DNA of 64,000 bases from Dehalococcoidia bacterium (lineage in GTDB: Bacteria > Chloroflexota > Dehalococcoidia > UBA2979): assembly GCA_963667465.2 (NCBI GenBank), contig CAXXDN010000002.1, forward strand, positions 1,152,001-1,216,000. Reading direction: 5' to 3'. Below are positions 10,244 through 19,924 of this stretch, in pieces; the first letter of the stretch is position 1, and each line of letters begins with the position of its first letter. Made by a program: the position numbers and the translations under genes. The notes beneath the pieces are model-generated. The model was not told where the DNA came from. It ran no database searches and saw only the letters and a list, made by a program, of their open reading frames with translations.

Positions 10244-11164
10244 TCACGAGGGCGCTCCATCCTCGCCCTCGCGCGTTACGAGGCGCAGCCCGCCCCGCAG
10301 GGCGACGTACACGCCGACCAGCAGCAGCGCGGCGCCGAGGGCTTCGAGCAGCGTCGGCCGCTCGTCGAGGAGCGTCGCGCCGATCGCGGTCGCCCCAACC
10401 GGCTCGCCGAGCGCGGCCACCGCGACGACGGCGGCGGGCAACGAGCCGAGGGCCCAGGTGAAGGCCCCGTGCCCGATGAGTTGCGGCAGCAGCGCGAGCA
10501 GCACGATCAGGATGTAGGCCTCGGCGCCCCAGCCGAGCAGCGATTCGCCGCTCGCCGCCAGCGCGACCAGCAGCACGATCGCACCGATCGCGTTGGCCAG
10601 CGCGAAGTAGCTGACGTTCGAGAGCCTCGCCCGGATCCGCCTGCCCGCGATGAGGTAGATCGAGGCGCAGACAGCGCCCAGCGCCGCGAAGGCATCCCCG
10701 CGCAGCGAGACGCCGTCGCCCAGGTCGGCGCCCGCCAGCACCAGCGCCCCGCCCGCGGCGATGGCGATGCCGATCAGCAGCGGGCGCGTCGGCTGCTCAC
10801 CGAGCGCGACCCAGGCGCCGAGCCCGACGATCAGCGGCTGCGTCGCGATGATCGTGGTGGCCGCGGCGATCGAGGTGTCCTGCACCGAGGCGGTCCAGAA
10901 CCCGACGTAGCCAGCGAGAGCCAGTCCCGCGAGCGCCAGCAGCGCCGCGTCGCGGCTGCCGAGCAGCCTCAGCTCTTCGCGGCGTCGCAGGGCGGAGCTG
11001 GCGAGCAGCGGGAGCGCCGCCAGCGCGAGCCGCAACGAGGCGATCACCAGCGGCGGGGCGTCCGTCAGGCGGACCAGCGGCGCGGCCCAGGCGAACCCCA
11101 CCACCCCCACGAGCAGCACGATCCATTCGCGCCCCGCCACGCCCTCGCGCCAGGCTCTGTTCAT
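10244..11164 (-). CDS. EamA/DMT family transporter (paralog B, tandem duplicate)
   Basis: Collinear with and very similar to 9306..10217. Confidence 0.88.
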   Translation of the reverse strand: MNRAWREGVAGREWIVLLVGVVGFAWAAPLVRLTDAPPLVIASLRLALAALPLLASSALRRREELRLLGSRDAALLALAGLALAGYVGFWTASVQDTSIAAATTIIATQPLIVGLGAWVALGEQPTRPLLIGIAIAAGGALVLAGADLGDGVSLRGDAFAALGAVCASIYLIAGRRIRARLSNVSYFALANAIGAIVLLVALAASGESLLGWGAEAYILIVLLALLPQLIGHGAFTWALGSLPAAVVAVAALGEPVGATAIGATLLDERPTLLEALGAALLLVGVYVALRGGLRLVTREGEDGAPS

Positions 11165-11214
11165 GCGGCGACGCTAGCAGGTGCGGCCCCTACTGGCCGG
11201 AGGATCGCGGAGTG

Positions 11215-12111
11215 CTAGCTCTCGCCCCCGTGCTCGGCGAGAACGCTCTCGATCATGTCGCGCAACTCGTTGCTCCGTGGGGCCAGGAAGAGGGTGTCCA
11301 CGACCTCGTTCGAGTTGGGCTCGAGGGTCGCGAAGTTGGGGTGGTAGCTGAAGCCAAGACCCATCCCAAACGCCTTCTCCTCAGGGATGTCCCAGTCGAG
11401 GATTACGAAGTTCACCTGGTCCTGGAATTCGAGTCGCAGCCTGTTCACGACAGGCCGTGCGCGGTTGCAGTTCGGTCACCAGATCGCATCGAGGAAGACG
11501 AAGGTCGGCTTCCCGTTCACCGGGAGGTACGCGCCCGTCGAGTCCACGTGCGTGCTCGGCGGCTCGTAGTCGGCCGCGACCAGCTGGGCTGGCCCGGTTG
11601 GGAAGTCGTAGCTCGGCTCAGGCGTCGCGGTCGGCGTGGGCTCAGGCGTCGCGGTCGGCGTCGGCTCAGGCGTCGCGGTCGGTGTCGGCTCAGGCGTCGC
11701 GGTCGGTGTTGGCTCTGGCGTCGCGGTCGGTGTTGGCTCTGGCGTCGCGGTCGGTGTTGGCTCTGGCGTCGCGGTCGGCGTGGGTTCGGGCGTCGCGGTC
11801 GGTGTTGGCTCTGGCGTCGCGGTCGGTGTTGGCTCTGGCGTCGCGGTCGGCGTGGGTTCGGGCGTCGCGGTCGGCGTGGGTTCGGGCGTCGCGGTCGGCG
11901 TGGGTTCGGGCGTCGCGGTCGGTGTTGGCTCAGGCGTCGCGGCCGGCGTCGCCTCCGCTATCGCCGTCGCGACTACCGCCGAGGGCGTCGCCGTCGCGGC
12001 GGGGGTGGTCTCGGCCTCGTCGCCGCCGGAGCAGGCCGCCGCAAGCGCCGCGCAGGCGAGGGCCAGCGGCGCGAGGTGCAGAACTCGCAGGTGACGCTGG
12101 ATGCGCTGCAT
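11215..12111 (-). CDS. Thioredoxin-fold lipoprotein selenoprotein 1 (UxxC; Sec TGA at 11476-11478) with long TPEPTPTA linker
   Basis: ORFs 11476..12132 and 11215..11448 are in one frame: ...[43 protein letters not shown]...YHPNF; lipobox LAAAC; downstream hairpin. Confidence 0.88.
11438..11456 (-). promoter_or_regulatory. Putative bacterial SECIS hairpin 1
   Basis: GGCCUGU-CGUGA-ACAGGCU at +20..+38 after the UGA; G at loop position 2. Confidence 0.75.
11615..11950 (-). repeat. 24-bp coding tandem repeat, about 14 copies, encoding (TPEPTPTA)n
   Basis: Units such as ggctcaggcgtcgcggtcggcgtg with synonymous variation. Confidence 0.95.
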
Positions 12112-12118
12112 CAGCACC

Positions 12119-12562
12119 TCAGGCTGGCTCAATCAGCTGGATCGCACCCGCCTCGACGAGCTGCACGCACTCGCAGGGCGTCATGCCGGGCAACGACTCC
12201 TCGCCGGGCTGCATCCGCTCGAGGCTGTCGGCGATCGTCGTGATCTGCTCGCGCGAGCGTTCCAGTTCCTCGATGCGGTCGTCGAGCTGCCCGACGGCCT
12301 CGGCGAGCGTCCGGCTGAGCACCGTGCGAATGTCCCCGCAGGTGCCATCGTGCGCAAGGCCGAGCACCGTGCCCATCTCTTTGAGCGACAGGCCGAGGCC
12401 GCGCAGCCCGACGGCGAGCCGCAGCGTCTCAACATGCTGCTCGCTGTAGTCGCGGTAGCCGTTCGCCCGTCGCGGGGGCGAGGGCAGCACGCCCTGCCGC
12501 TCGTAGAAGCGGATCGTGTCGGCGCTGAGGCCGCTGGCGGTGGCGGCTTGCTGGATATTCAT
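12119..12562 (-). CDS. MerR-family (metal-responsive type) transcriptional regulator
   Basis: MNIQQAA...[23 protein letters not shown]; Cys in GTCGD and C-terminal CEC. Confidence 0.9.
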   Translation of the reverse strand: MNIQQAATASGLSADTIRFYERQGVLPSPPRRANGYRDYSEQHVETLRLAVGLRGLGLSLKEMGTVLGLAHDGTCGDIRTVLSRTLAEAVGQLDDRIEELERSREQITTIADSLERMQPGEESLPGMTPCECVQLVEAGAIQLIEPA

Positions 12563-12629
12563 CCGGTTCGCCCGCTCCCGTTCTCGTCGCCGTTAAGGAT
12601 ACGCCGCCACGAAGCGCCCGTGGCGCCGG

Positions 12630-13163
12630 CTACCCACCCTGGCCGGCGATCGCGTCATCGAGAAGCTCGCGCAGCGCCACCTCGCGCAGCGGGCCGAAGG
12701 TCGTCTTCAGCACATCGCCCGCGTCGGGTGCGACCATCGCGAAGGAGGGGTGTCGGCCGACGCCCAGCTCGCGGGCCAGGTCGCGCTCCGCCCCGATGTC
12801 GAAGTCGAGGATCACGAAGTTGATCCGGTCCTGGTATTCCTCCCGAAGCCCGTGCACGACGGGCCGCGCGATCGCGCAGGTCGGTCACCAGATCGCATCG
12901 ACGAAGACGAGCGTCGGTTTCCCGTTCGAGGGCACATAGGCGCCGGTGGAGTCGACCTGCTCTGACGAGTATTGGAAGTCGGCAGGCACGAGCACTGCCG
13001 GGCCCGTGGGGAAGGCCCCGTCCGCTGCGGCTGTGGCGGCGGACGACCCCGCGGATGGCGCGGGCGCGCCCTCGTCACCGCCGGAGCAAGCGGCGATCAG
13101 CGCCAGACCGGCGAGGAGCGCGAACACGATGCTGAGAGTTCGCGGGATGCTCATGCGCTCCAT
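12630..13163 (-). CDS. Thioredoxin-fold lipoprotein selenoprotein 2 (UxxC; Sec TGA at 12885-12887); start may be 13154
   Basis: In-frame ...KPTLVFVDAIW-TGA-PTCAIARPVVHGLREEYQDRINFVILDFD...RHPSF; lipobox LIAAC. Confidence 0.88.
12847..12865 (-). promoter_or_regulatory. Putative bacterial SECIS hairpin 2
   Basis: GGCCCGU-CGUGC-ACGGGCU at +20..+38 after the UGA. Confidence 0.75.
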
Positions 13164-13242
13164 ACCTCCCTCGCCCGGGGTGCTGGCTGCTGATGATCTC
13201 CGGGATCAAGGATATGACGCGACGCGGTTGTGCGGAGCGCGG

Positions 13243-13824
13243 TTATCCCTCGTAGCGTGCGATCAGGGCGTCGAGCATGCCGCGCAGCTTGGGCTCACGC
13301 TGCGCCCCGAAGACCCGCGCGATCACCTCGGCCGAGTCGGGCGCGATCAGCAGGTAGGCGGGTGTGCCCGAGTAGCCGAGCGCGCGCGCCAGCCTGTCGT
13401 CCTCGCGGTCGTCGACATCCAGCACGACGAAGTTCACCTGGTCCTGGTATTCCGTTCGGAGCCCATGCACGATGGGCCGCGCGATCTCGCAGAACTGTCA
13501 CCAGATCGCATCGACGAACACCAGCGTCGGCTTCCCGTTCGAGGGTATGTAGGCCCCCGTCGAGGCGACGCGGTCCTCGGGCGGCTCGAAGTCGGCGGCG
13601 ACCAGCACGGGAGGGCCGGTCGGGAAGGCGTAGCTCTCCGGCGTCGGCGTGGGCGAGGGCGGCGCCGTCGCCTCGGGAACGACCGTCGTGGCGGGAGTCG
13701 CCGTCGTGACGGCCGGCTGCGGCGTAGCCATGGACGCGGGTGCATCCCCACCCGTGCAGGCGGCGGCGAGCGCCAGCGACGCGAGGGCCGGGATCAGCAA
13801 GCGCCGTACGCGGGATTGCAGCAT
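13243..13824 (-). CDS. Thioredoxin-fold lipoprotein selenoprotein 3 (UxxC; Sec TGA at 13498-13500)
   Basis: In-frame ...KPTLVFVDAIW-TGA-QFCEIARPIVHGLRTEYQDQVNFVVLDVD...GTPAY; lipobox LAAAC; ATG 13824 lies 7 nt after TATGAT. Confidence 0.88.
13460..13478 (-). promoter_or_regulatory. Putative bacterial SECIS hairpin 3
   Basis: GGCCCAU-CGUGC-AUGGGCU at +20..+38 after the UGA. Confidence 0.75.
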
Positions 13825-13861
13825 CGACTCGATCATACTCCCCGGGGTGAGGCCCGACACG

Positions 13862-14500
13862 CTACTCGTACGTGCCTCCGGCCGTGTCGGCGTCCGCTAC
13901 GCCCACCTCGAGCAGGTGGCCGACGACAGTGCCGAGGGCGGTCGTGCGCACGATCCCGTCGCGGTCGATGAAGAACGTCGCCGGCAGCGCTTCCACGCCG
14001 TAGCGCCGCGCCACCTCGCCGCCCGCGGTGTCGAAGAGTATCGGGAAGGTCAGCCCGAACTCGTCGACGAAGGCCTCGGCCGCCGCCAGCGTGTCCTCCG
14101 GCAGCAGATTCACGGCGAGGATCACGAGGTCGTCGGGACCGCCTGGGCCGCGCTCCTCCCACAGTTCCTGAAAGTCCGGCAGCTCGCGGCGGCAGGGCGC
14201 GCACCAGCTCGCCCAGAAGTTCAGCACCACGGTCTTGCCTCGAAAGTCGGAGAGCCGCAGCGCGCCGCCGCCCAGCGCGTTCAGCAGGAAGTCGGGCGCC
14301 GGCCGGTCGACATCCACGAGCGCATCGTCCAGCAGCCCGATCGTGGCCCGCCGGGGCGTCGGGGTCGCCGTCGCGACGGCGGTCGCGGCCTCGGTTGCAG
14401 TTGCGGCAGGCTCGGGGCCGCCATCCCCGCAGGCGGCCGCGATCAGGGCCGCGCAGGCCAACGCCAGCAGACGGGCGTACGTCGAACGGCCTGACGCCAT
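13862..14500 (-). CDS. TlpA/ResA-like thiol-disulfide oxidoreductase lipoprotein
   Basis: [36 protein letters not shown]; lipobox IAAAC. Confidence 0.92.
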   Translation of the reverse strand: MASGRSTYARLLALACAALIAAACGDGGPEPAATATEAATAVATATPTPRRATIGLLDDALVDVDRPAPDFLLNALGGGALRLSDFRGKTVVLNFWASWCAPCRRELPDFQELWEERGPGGPDDLVILAVNLLPEDTLAAAEAFVDEFGLTFPILFDTAGGEVARRYGVEALPATFFIDRDGIVRTTALGTVVGHLLEVGVADADTAGGTYE

Positions 14501-14524
14501 CCCAACTCCGCGCCGAGGCTACAC

Positions 14525-15121
14525 CTAGCCTCCGCCGCCGGCGTCCGCCTTCGCTACCCCCGTGGGCAGCAGGTTGCCGAAGACCGGGCCGTAGTTTACC
14601 GAGCGCACCACGCCCTCGCGGTCGATGAAGAACGTCGCCGGCAGCCCGCGCACACGGTAGCGGTCCGCCACCGCGCCGTCCGCGGTGTCGAACAGCACGG
14701 GGAAGGTGAACCCGTTGCCCTCGATGAACTCGCGGGCGTCGGTCATCGTGTCCTGCACGAGGAAGTCGAGCGCGATCATCACGAGGTCGTCCGAGCCGTC
14801 CTCGCCGCGCTCGTCCCAGAGCTCTTGGAACTCAGGCATCTCCTCGCGGCAGGGGGGGCACCAGCTCGCCCAGAAGTTGAGCACCACCGTCTTGCCCCGG
14901 AAGTCGGCGAGCATGACGGTCTCGCCCTCGAGGTTCGTCAGCGCGAAGTTCGGCGCTGGCTCGTCGATGGCCACCGTGAGGTCGTCGAGCAGGCCGATCT
15001 CGACCATCACTCCCTCGCTCGTCATGCCCTCCTCGACGCCCGGGTCGATGAACTCGCGTTGCACGAACAGCGCGGCGATCACCGCCACGATCAGGAAGGC
15101 GAGCCTTCTGTTCTCCTGCAT
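14525..15121 (-). CDS. TlpA/ResA-like thiol-disulfide oxidoreductase, membrane-anchored
   Basis: N-terminal TM; [30 protein letters not shown]; ATG 15121 with SD. Confidence 0.92.
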   Translation of the reverse strand: MQENRRLAFLIVAVIAALFVQREFIDPGVEEGMTSEGVMVEIGLLDDLTVAIDEPAPNFALTNLEGETVMLADFRGKTVVLNFWASWCPPCREEMPEFQELWDERGEDGSDDLVMIALDFLVQDTMTDAREFIEGNGFTFPVLFDTADGAVADRYRVRGLPATFFIDREGVVRSVNYGPVFGNLLPTGVAKADAGGGG

Positions 15122-15168
15122 TACCGCACCCCTTCCTGATGACGCCCGCAGCACGGGCGCAGCCCCCG

Positions 15169-16527
<1,359 letters not shown>

Positions 16528-16738
16528 GCTGCCCTCTCATACCCCTCGCAGGCAGCGCCCGGGACGGGGACGCACTGCACGTTCGCGATGCCGCGACCTC
16601 CCGTGATCCGCCCTCGTTTCCCGCGACTCCATGATACGTCTCGCCACGCCTGACGGCGGCGATCCGGCGGGGCTGGTGGCCTCGATCCCTCGCGACTACG
16701 ATGGCGCTGATCGAGGACGGCGGCGCGAGGAGGGGCCC

Positions 16739-17539
16739 ATGGACCAGGATGCGCTCGACCGCGCCGCCGCGATCCTCGCCGACGCCTCGCACACCGTCGC
16801 GCTGACCGGAGCGGGCATCTCGAAGGAGTCAGGCATCCCGACCTTCCGAGGCCCGGACGGCCTCTGGACCAAGCGCGGCGAGCCGCCGCTCAACGGCTAC
16901 CAGGTCTTCCTCCAGGACCCCGCCGCCTGGTGGGAGCAGCGCCTCGAGCAGCTGGAGCAGCCCGACGAGTTCCGCAGCTCGTTCGCAGCGGCGCAGCCGA
17001 ACGCCGGACACCGCGCGCTCGCCGCGCTCGGGGAGCTCGGGGCCCTGCAGCACGTGATCACGCAGAACGTCGACGACCTGCACCGCCGCGCCGGCACGCA
17101 GTCGCTGACCGAGATCCACGGCAACACCAACTGGATGCGCTGCCTCGGCTGCGCCGCGCGCTGGCCTCGCGAGGAGTTCCCGATCGACCCCGGCCAGCTC
17201 CCGCCGCGCTGCGCCCAGCCCGGCTGCGAGGGCATCGTGAAGGGCGACGGCGTGATGTTCGGCGAGCCGATCCCGCCTGAGGCCCTCGAGCGCTGCGGGC
17301 TGGAGGCGCGCCGCTGCGACGCCTTCATGATCATCGGCACCACCGCCGTCGTGTACCCCGCCGCCGAGTTCCCGCAGCTGGCCGTGCGCCGCGGCGTCCC
17401 ACTGATCGAGATCGACCCCGATCCAACTGCGCTGACCGAAATGGCCGCCGTGGTACTGCGCGGACCGGCCGGCGAGGTCCTCCCCGCGCTCGTCGAGGCG
17501 GTCCGGGTTCGGCGCGAAGCAGACGCCACCGCGCCGTGA
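16739..17539 (+). CDS. cobB: Sir2-family NAD-dependent protein deacylase
   Basis: TGAGISKESGIPTFRG, TQNVDDLH, EIHGN, Zn-binding Cys pairs, VYPAA. Confidence 0.92.
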   Translation: MDQDALDRAAAILADASHTVALTGAGISKESGIPTFRGPDGLWTKRGEPPLNGYQVFLQDPAAWWEQRLEQLEQPDEFRSSFAAAQPNAGHRALAALGELGALQHVITQNVDDLHRRAGTQSLTEIHGNTNWMRCLGCAARWPREEFPIDPGQLPPRCAQPGCEGIVKGDGVMFGEPIPPEALERCGLEARRCDAFMIIGTTAVVYPAAEFPQLAVRRGVPLIEIDPDPTALTEMAAVVLRGPAGEVLPALVEAVRVRREADATAP

Positions 17540-18507
17540 CGTCGAGGTACGACCCTCGCAGCGAGCCGCTCGGCGTCCTGATCGGCACGGAGCGCGGCCT
17601 CTGGCAGCTGCTCCCGGGTGAGCCGCTGCGCTGCGTCCTCCCGGACCTCGCGGTCACGCGGATCGAGGTGCGCGACGCGGTCGCGCTCGCCGCCGCGCCC
17701 GGGCACGGCGTCTGGCAGCACGACGGTGGCCCCGCAACGACCTGGCGCCAGGTCTGGGAGGGCGACCCGCGCTGCGTGCGCATCCGCCCTGAGGGCGTCC
17801 GCTACATCGGCGCGGCGCCCGCCGCCCTGCTGCGCGCCGAGCCCGGCGAGGAGCAGTGGACGGCTTCGCAGAGCCTCGACAGCGTGGTGCGCTACCAGCG
17901 TACGCGCAGCCGCGGCCCGGCCGGATCGGGCTGGGACCTGAGCGCGATCGCCTTCCCCGGCAGTGCGCTGCTCGTCGCCGTCGGCGGCGCGGGCGCCTGG
18001 CTCTCGAACGACGAAGGCCGCAGCTGGATGCCGCGATCCGAGGGCATCGACCCGAGCGTGACCGGCCTGCAGGAGCACCCGGAGCGCAGCGACCGCGTCT
18101 ACGCGACCACCGGCGGCGGCCTCTTCCGCTCCGAGGACGGCGGCTTCAGCTGGCTGCAATCGATCACCGGCCTCGACCGCTCGGTGGCGCACAGCGTGGC
18201 CGTGCTGCCGGGCGCGCCCGACGCGCTCGTGCTCGGCGCAGCGCGTCGCGCCGGAGGATCGGGCGGCGCGCTGTTCCGATCGATCGACGGAGGAGTGCGC
18301 TGGATCCGCCTGATCCTCGGCGACGAGGACGAGTGGCCGGAGGCGCCGCTGGTCGCCTCGCTGCCCGGCAGCCGCGACACCGTCTTTGCGCTCGCCGCCG
18401 GCGTCGTCTGGGCCTCGCACGATCGAGGCGGCGACTGGCGCCCGCTGACCGACGCTTCGGCGCGCCCCACGCTGCCCCGCCCCCACTGCCTCGCCGTCGC
18501 GCTCTGA
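17536..18507 (+). CDS. BNR/Asp-box beta-propeller protein
   Basis: Repeated S-x-D-x-G-x-x-W boxes (SNDEGRSW, SEDGGFSW, SIDGGVRW, SHDRGGDW). Confidence 0.8.
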   Translation: MTSRYDPRSEPLGVLIGTERGLWQLLPGEPLRCVLPDLAVTRIEVRDAVALAAAPGHGVWQHDGGPATTWRQVWEGDPRCVRIRPEGVRYIGAAPAALLRAEPGEEQWTASQSLDSVVRYQRTRSRGPAGSGWDLSAIAFPGSALLVAVGGAGAWLSNDEGRSWMPRSEGIDPSVTGLQEHPERSDRVYATTGGGLFRSEDGGFSWLQSITGLDRSVAHSVAVLPGAPDALVLGAARRAGGSGGALFRSIDGGVRWIRLILGDEDEWPEAPLVASLPGSRDTVFALAAGVVWASHDRGGDWRPLTDASARPTLPRPHCLAVAL

Positions 18508-18578
18508 GCGCGGCGCTTGGGAACCCCGGGCACGTCCGTGTCGCCTAAGCTCCAGGGACCTGTTGGCAGGGGGCCACC

Positions 18579-18966
18579 GTGCCGCTGCGGCGCACGCTCG
18601 CCCTGCCCTTCGCCGTCCCCGTGCTGTCGCTCACCGCGGCCCTCACTGGATGCACGGGCGACTCGGACGAGAGCGTCGAGCCTCCCCGCGACGGCGACCT
18701 CGGTCGCGGCGCTCGTACCCACGGCCACGCCAACCGCGACGGCTGTGCCGAGCCATAGCTCCTGATCCCCTCGCGCTGGAAGGGTGAGACCGGCCGTGCT
18801 GTGGTACGACCTTACCGGCGCGCTCGAGATCCCTGTGACCAGGTGGCATGTACGACGAAGTGACCGGAATAAAATACATCGTCTCCGGTTACACCTTCGG
18901 TTCGTCGAGATTGAGCTGCTGATCGCGATCGCGCGCAGCCTGTTCGAGCCTCCGAATCCTCAATAG
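18579..18966 (+). pseudogene. Frameshifted remnant of a lipoprotein whose C-terminus matches that of the 30377..32470 protein
   Basis: Pieces in different frames: signal ..LTAALTGC, ATPTAT linker, RPAVLWY, YDEVTGIKYIVSG, LIAIARSLFE*. Confidence 0.65.
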
Positions 18967-19051
18967 CCGCACGCGGCCGGGCAGCGCACAGGGGAGCGCG
19001 GTGCTACCATGGCCATCCCTCATCACGCTCGCTCCCACGGAGGCACACGCA

Positions 19052-19924
19052 GTGGCGAACCGCGCCCAGGCTGAAACCGTCGAGATCAACGGCATCACGC
19101 TCAACTACCAGGAATGGGGCGACTCCCGCAGCAAGCATGCCTTGCTGCTGCTCCACGGCTTCGGCGAGACCTCCAGCATCTGGGAGGAGATCGCGGTCGA
19201 GCTGTCGCGCGAGTACCGCGTGCTCGCGCTCGACCAGCGCGGCCACGGCGGCAGCGAACGCCCGCGCGACCACAACTACAGCCGCAACAGTCAGGTCGAG
19301 GACCTCGAGGCGTTCGTCGAGGCGATCGGGCTGCGCAGCGTGACGATCGCCGGGCAGGCGATGGGCGGCGCCAACGCGCTCTGCTACGCCGCCGAGCACC
19401 CCGACGTCGTCTCCGCGCTGATCGTGATCGAGGCCGCTCCCGAGGTGCTGCGCAGCGGCGTCGAGACGATGCGCCGTCTGCTCGCGTCCGCCGACAGCTT
19501 CGGCAGCCTCGACGACGCCATCGAGACCTGGGAGGCGTTCTACCCCTACGCCACCAGCGAGCAGCTCAGTCGCCGCATCAAGGCGACCCTGACCCGCAGC
19601 GACGACCTCACCTACGTCTGGGACTTCGACCCAATCTTCCGCGACCCGACAGCGCGCCCGCCCGACCCGGACCCCGGCCAACGCCGCATGACCAACCTCT
19701 GGGAGTGCGTCGAGCGCGTCCAGTGCCCGGTGATGATCGTGCGCGGCTCCGAGACCGACATGCTCACCCCGGAGGCGATCCAACGCCTGCACCGCCGCAT
19801 CCCCGGCTCGCGCGTCTCGCTGATCGAGGAGGCCGGCCACGCCGTGCCCACCGACCAGCCCGCCGCGCTGAGCCAGCACATCCGCGAGTTCCTGCAGAGC
19901 CTCTCGAGGACCCCGGCAGCGTGA
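19052..19924 (+). CDS. Alpha/beta hydrolase-fold protein with nucleophile Ser replaced by Ala
   Basis: LLHGF, DQRGHGGS, GQAMGG elbow, AGHAV; GTG 19052 with GGAGG. Confidence 0.85.
   Translation: MANRAQAETVEINGITLNYQEWGDSRSKHALLLLHGFGETSSIWEEIAVELSREYRVLALDQRGHGGSERPRDHNYSRNSQVEDLEAFVEAIGLRSVTIAGQAMGGANALCYAAEHPDVVSALIVIEAAPEVLRSGVETMRRLLASADSFGSLDDAIETWEAFYPYATSEQLSRRIKATLTRSDDLTYVWDFDPIFRDPTARPPDPDPGQRRMTNLWECVERVQCPVMIVRGSETDMLTPEAIQRLHRRIPGSRVSLIEEAGHAVPTDQPAALSQHIREFLQSLSRTPAA

Noticed and set aside
11615-11950. CRISPR array
   Set aside because: No spacers; contiguous in-frame 24-bp units with synonymous variation; no cas genes
11476-13500. Genome-wide UGA reassignment to Trp or Gly
   Set aside because: TGA terminates many intact genes in the window (merR, pyrR, pyrB, pyrC, carA, carB) and TGG encodes Trp
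11215-13860. Six separate small ORFs or three nonsense pseudogenes
   Set aside because: Three independent nonsense mutations at the same catalytic codon, all TGA and all followed by a covarying hairpin, are implausible; Sec read-through explains them
19114-19920. Long N-terminal extension on fabF (685-aa ORF); likewise 54799 for pyrC and 58315 for the 2H gene
   Set aside because: Arg/Pro-rich off-frame translation of the upstream gene; true starts are the GTGA overlaps
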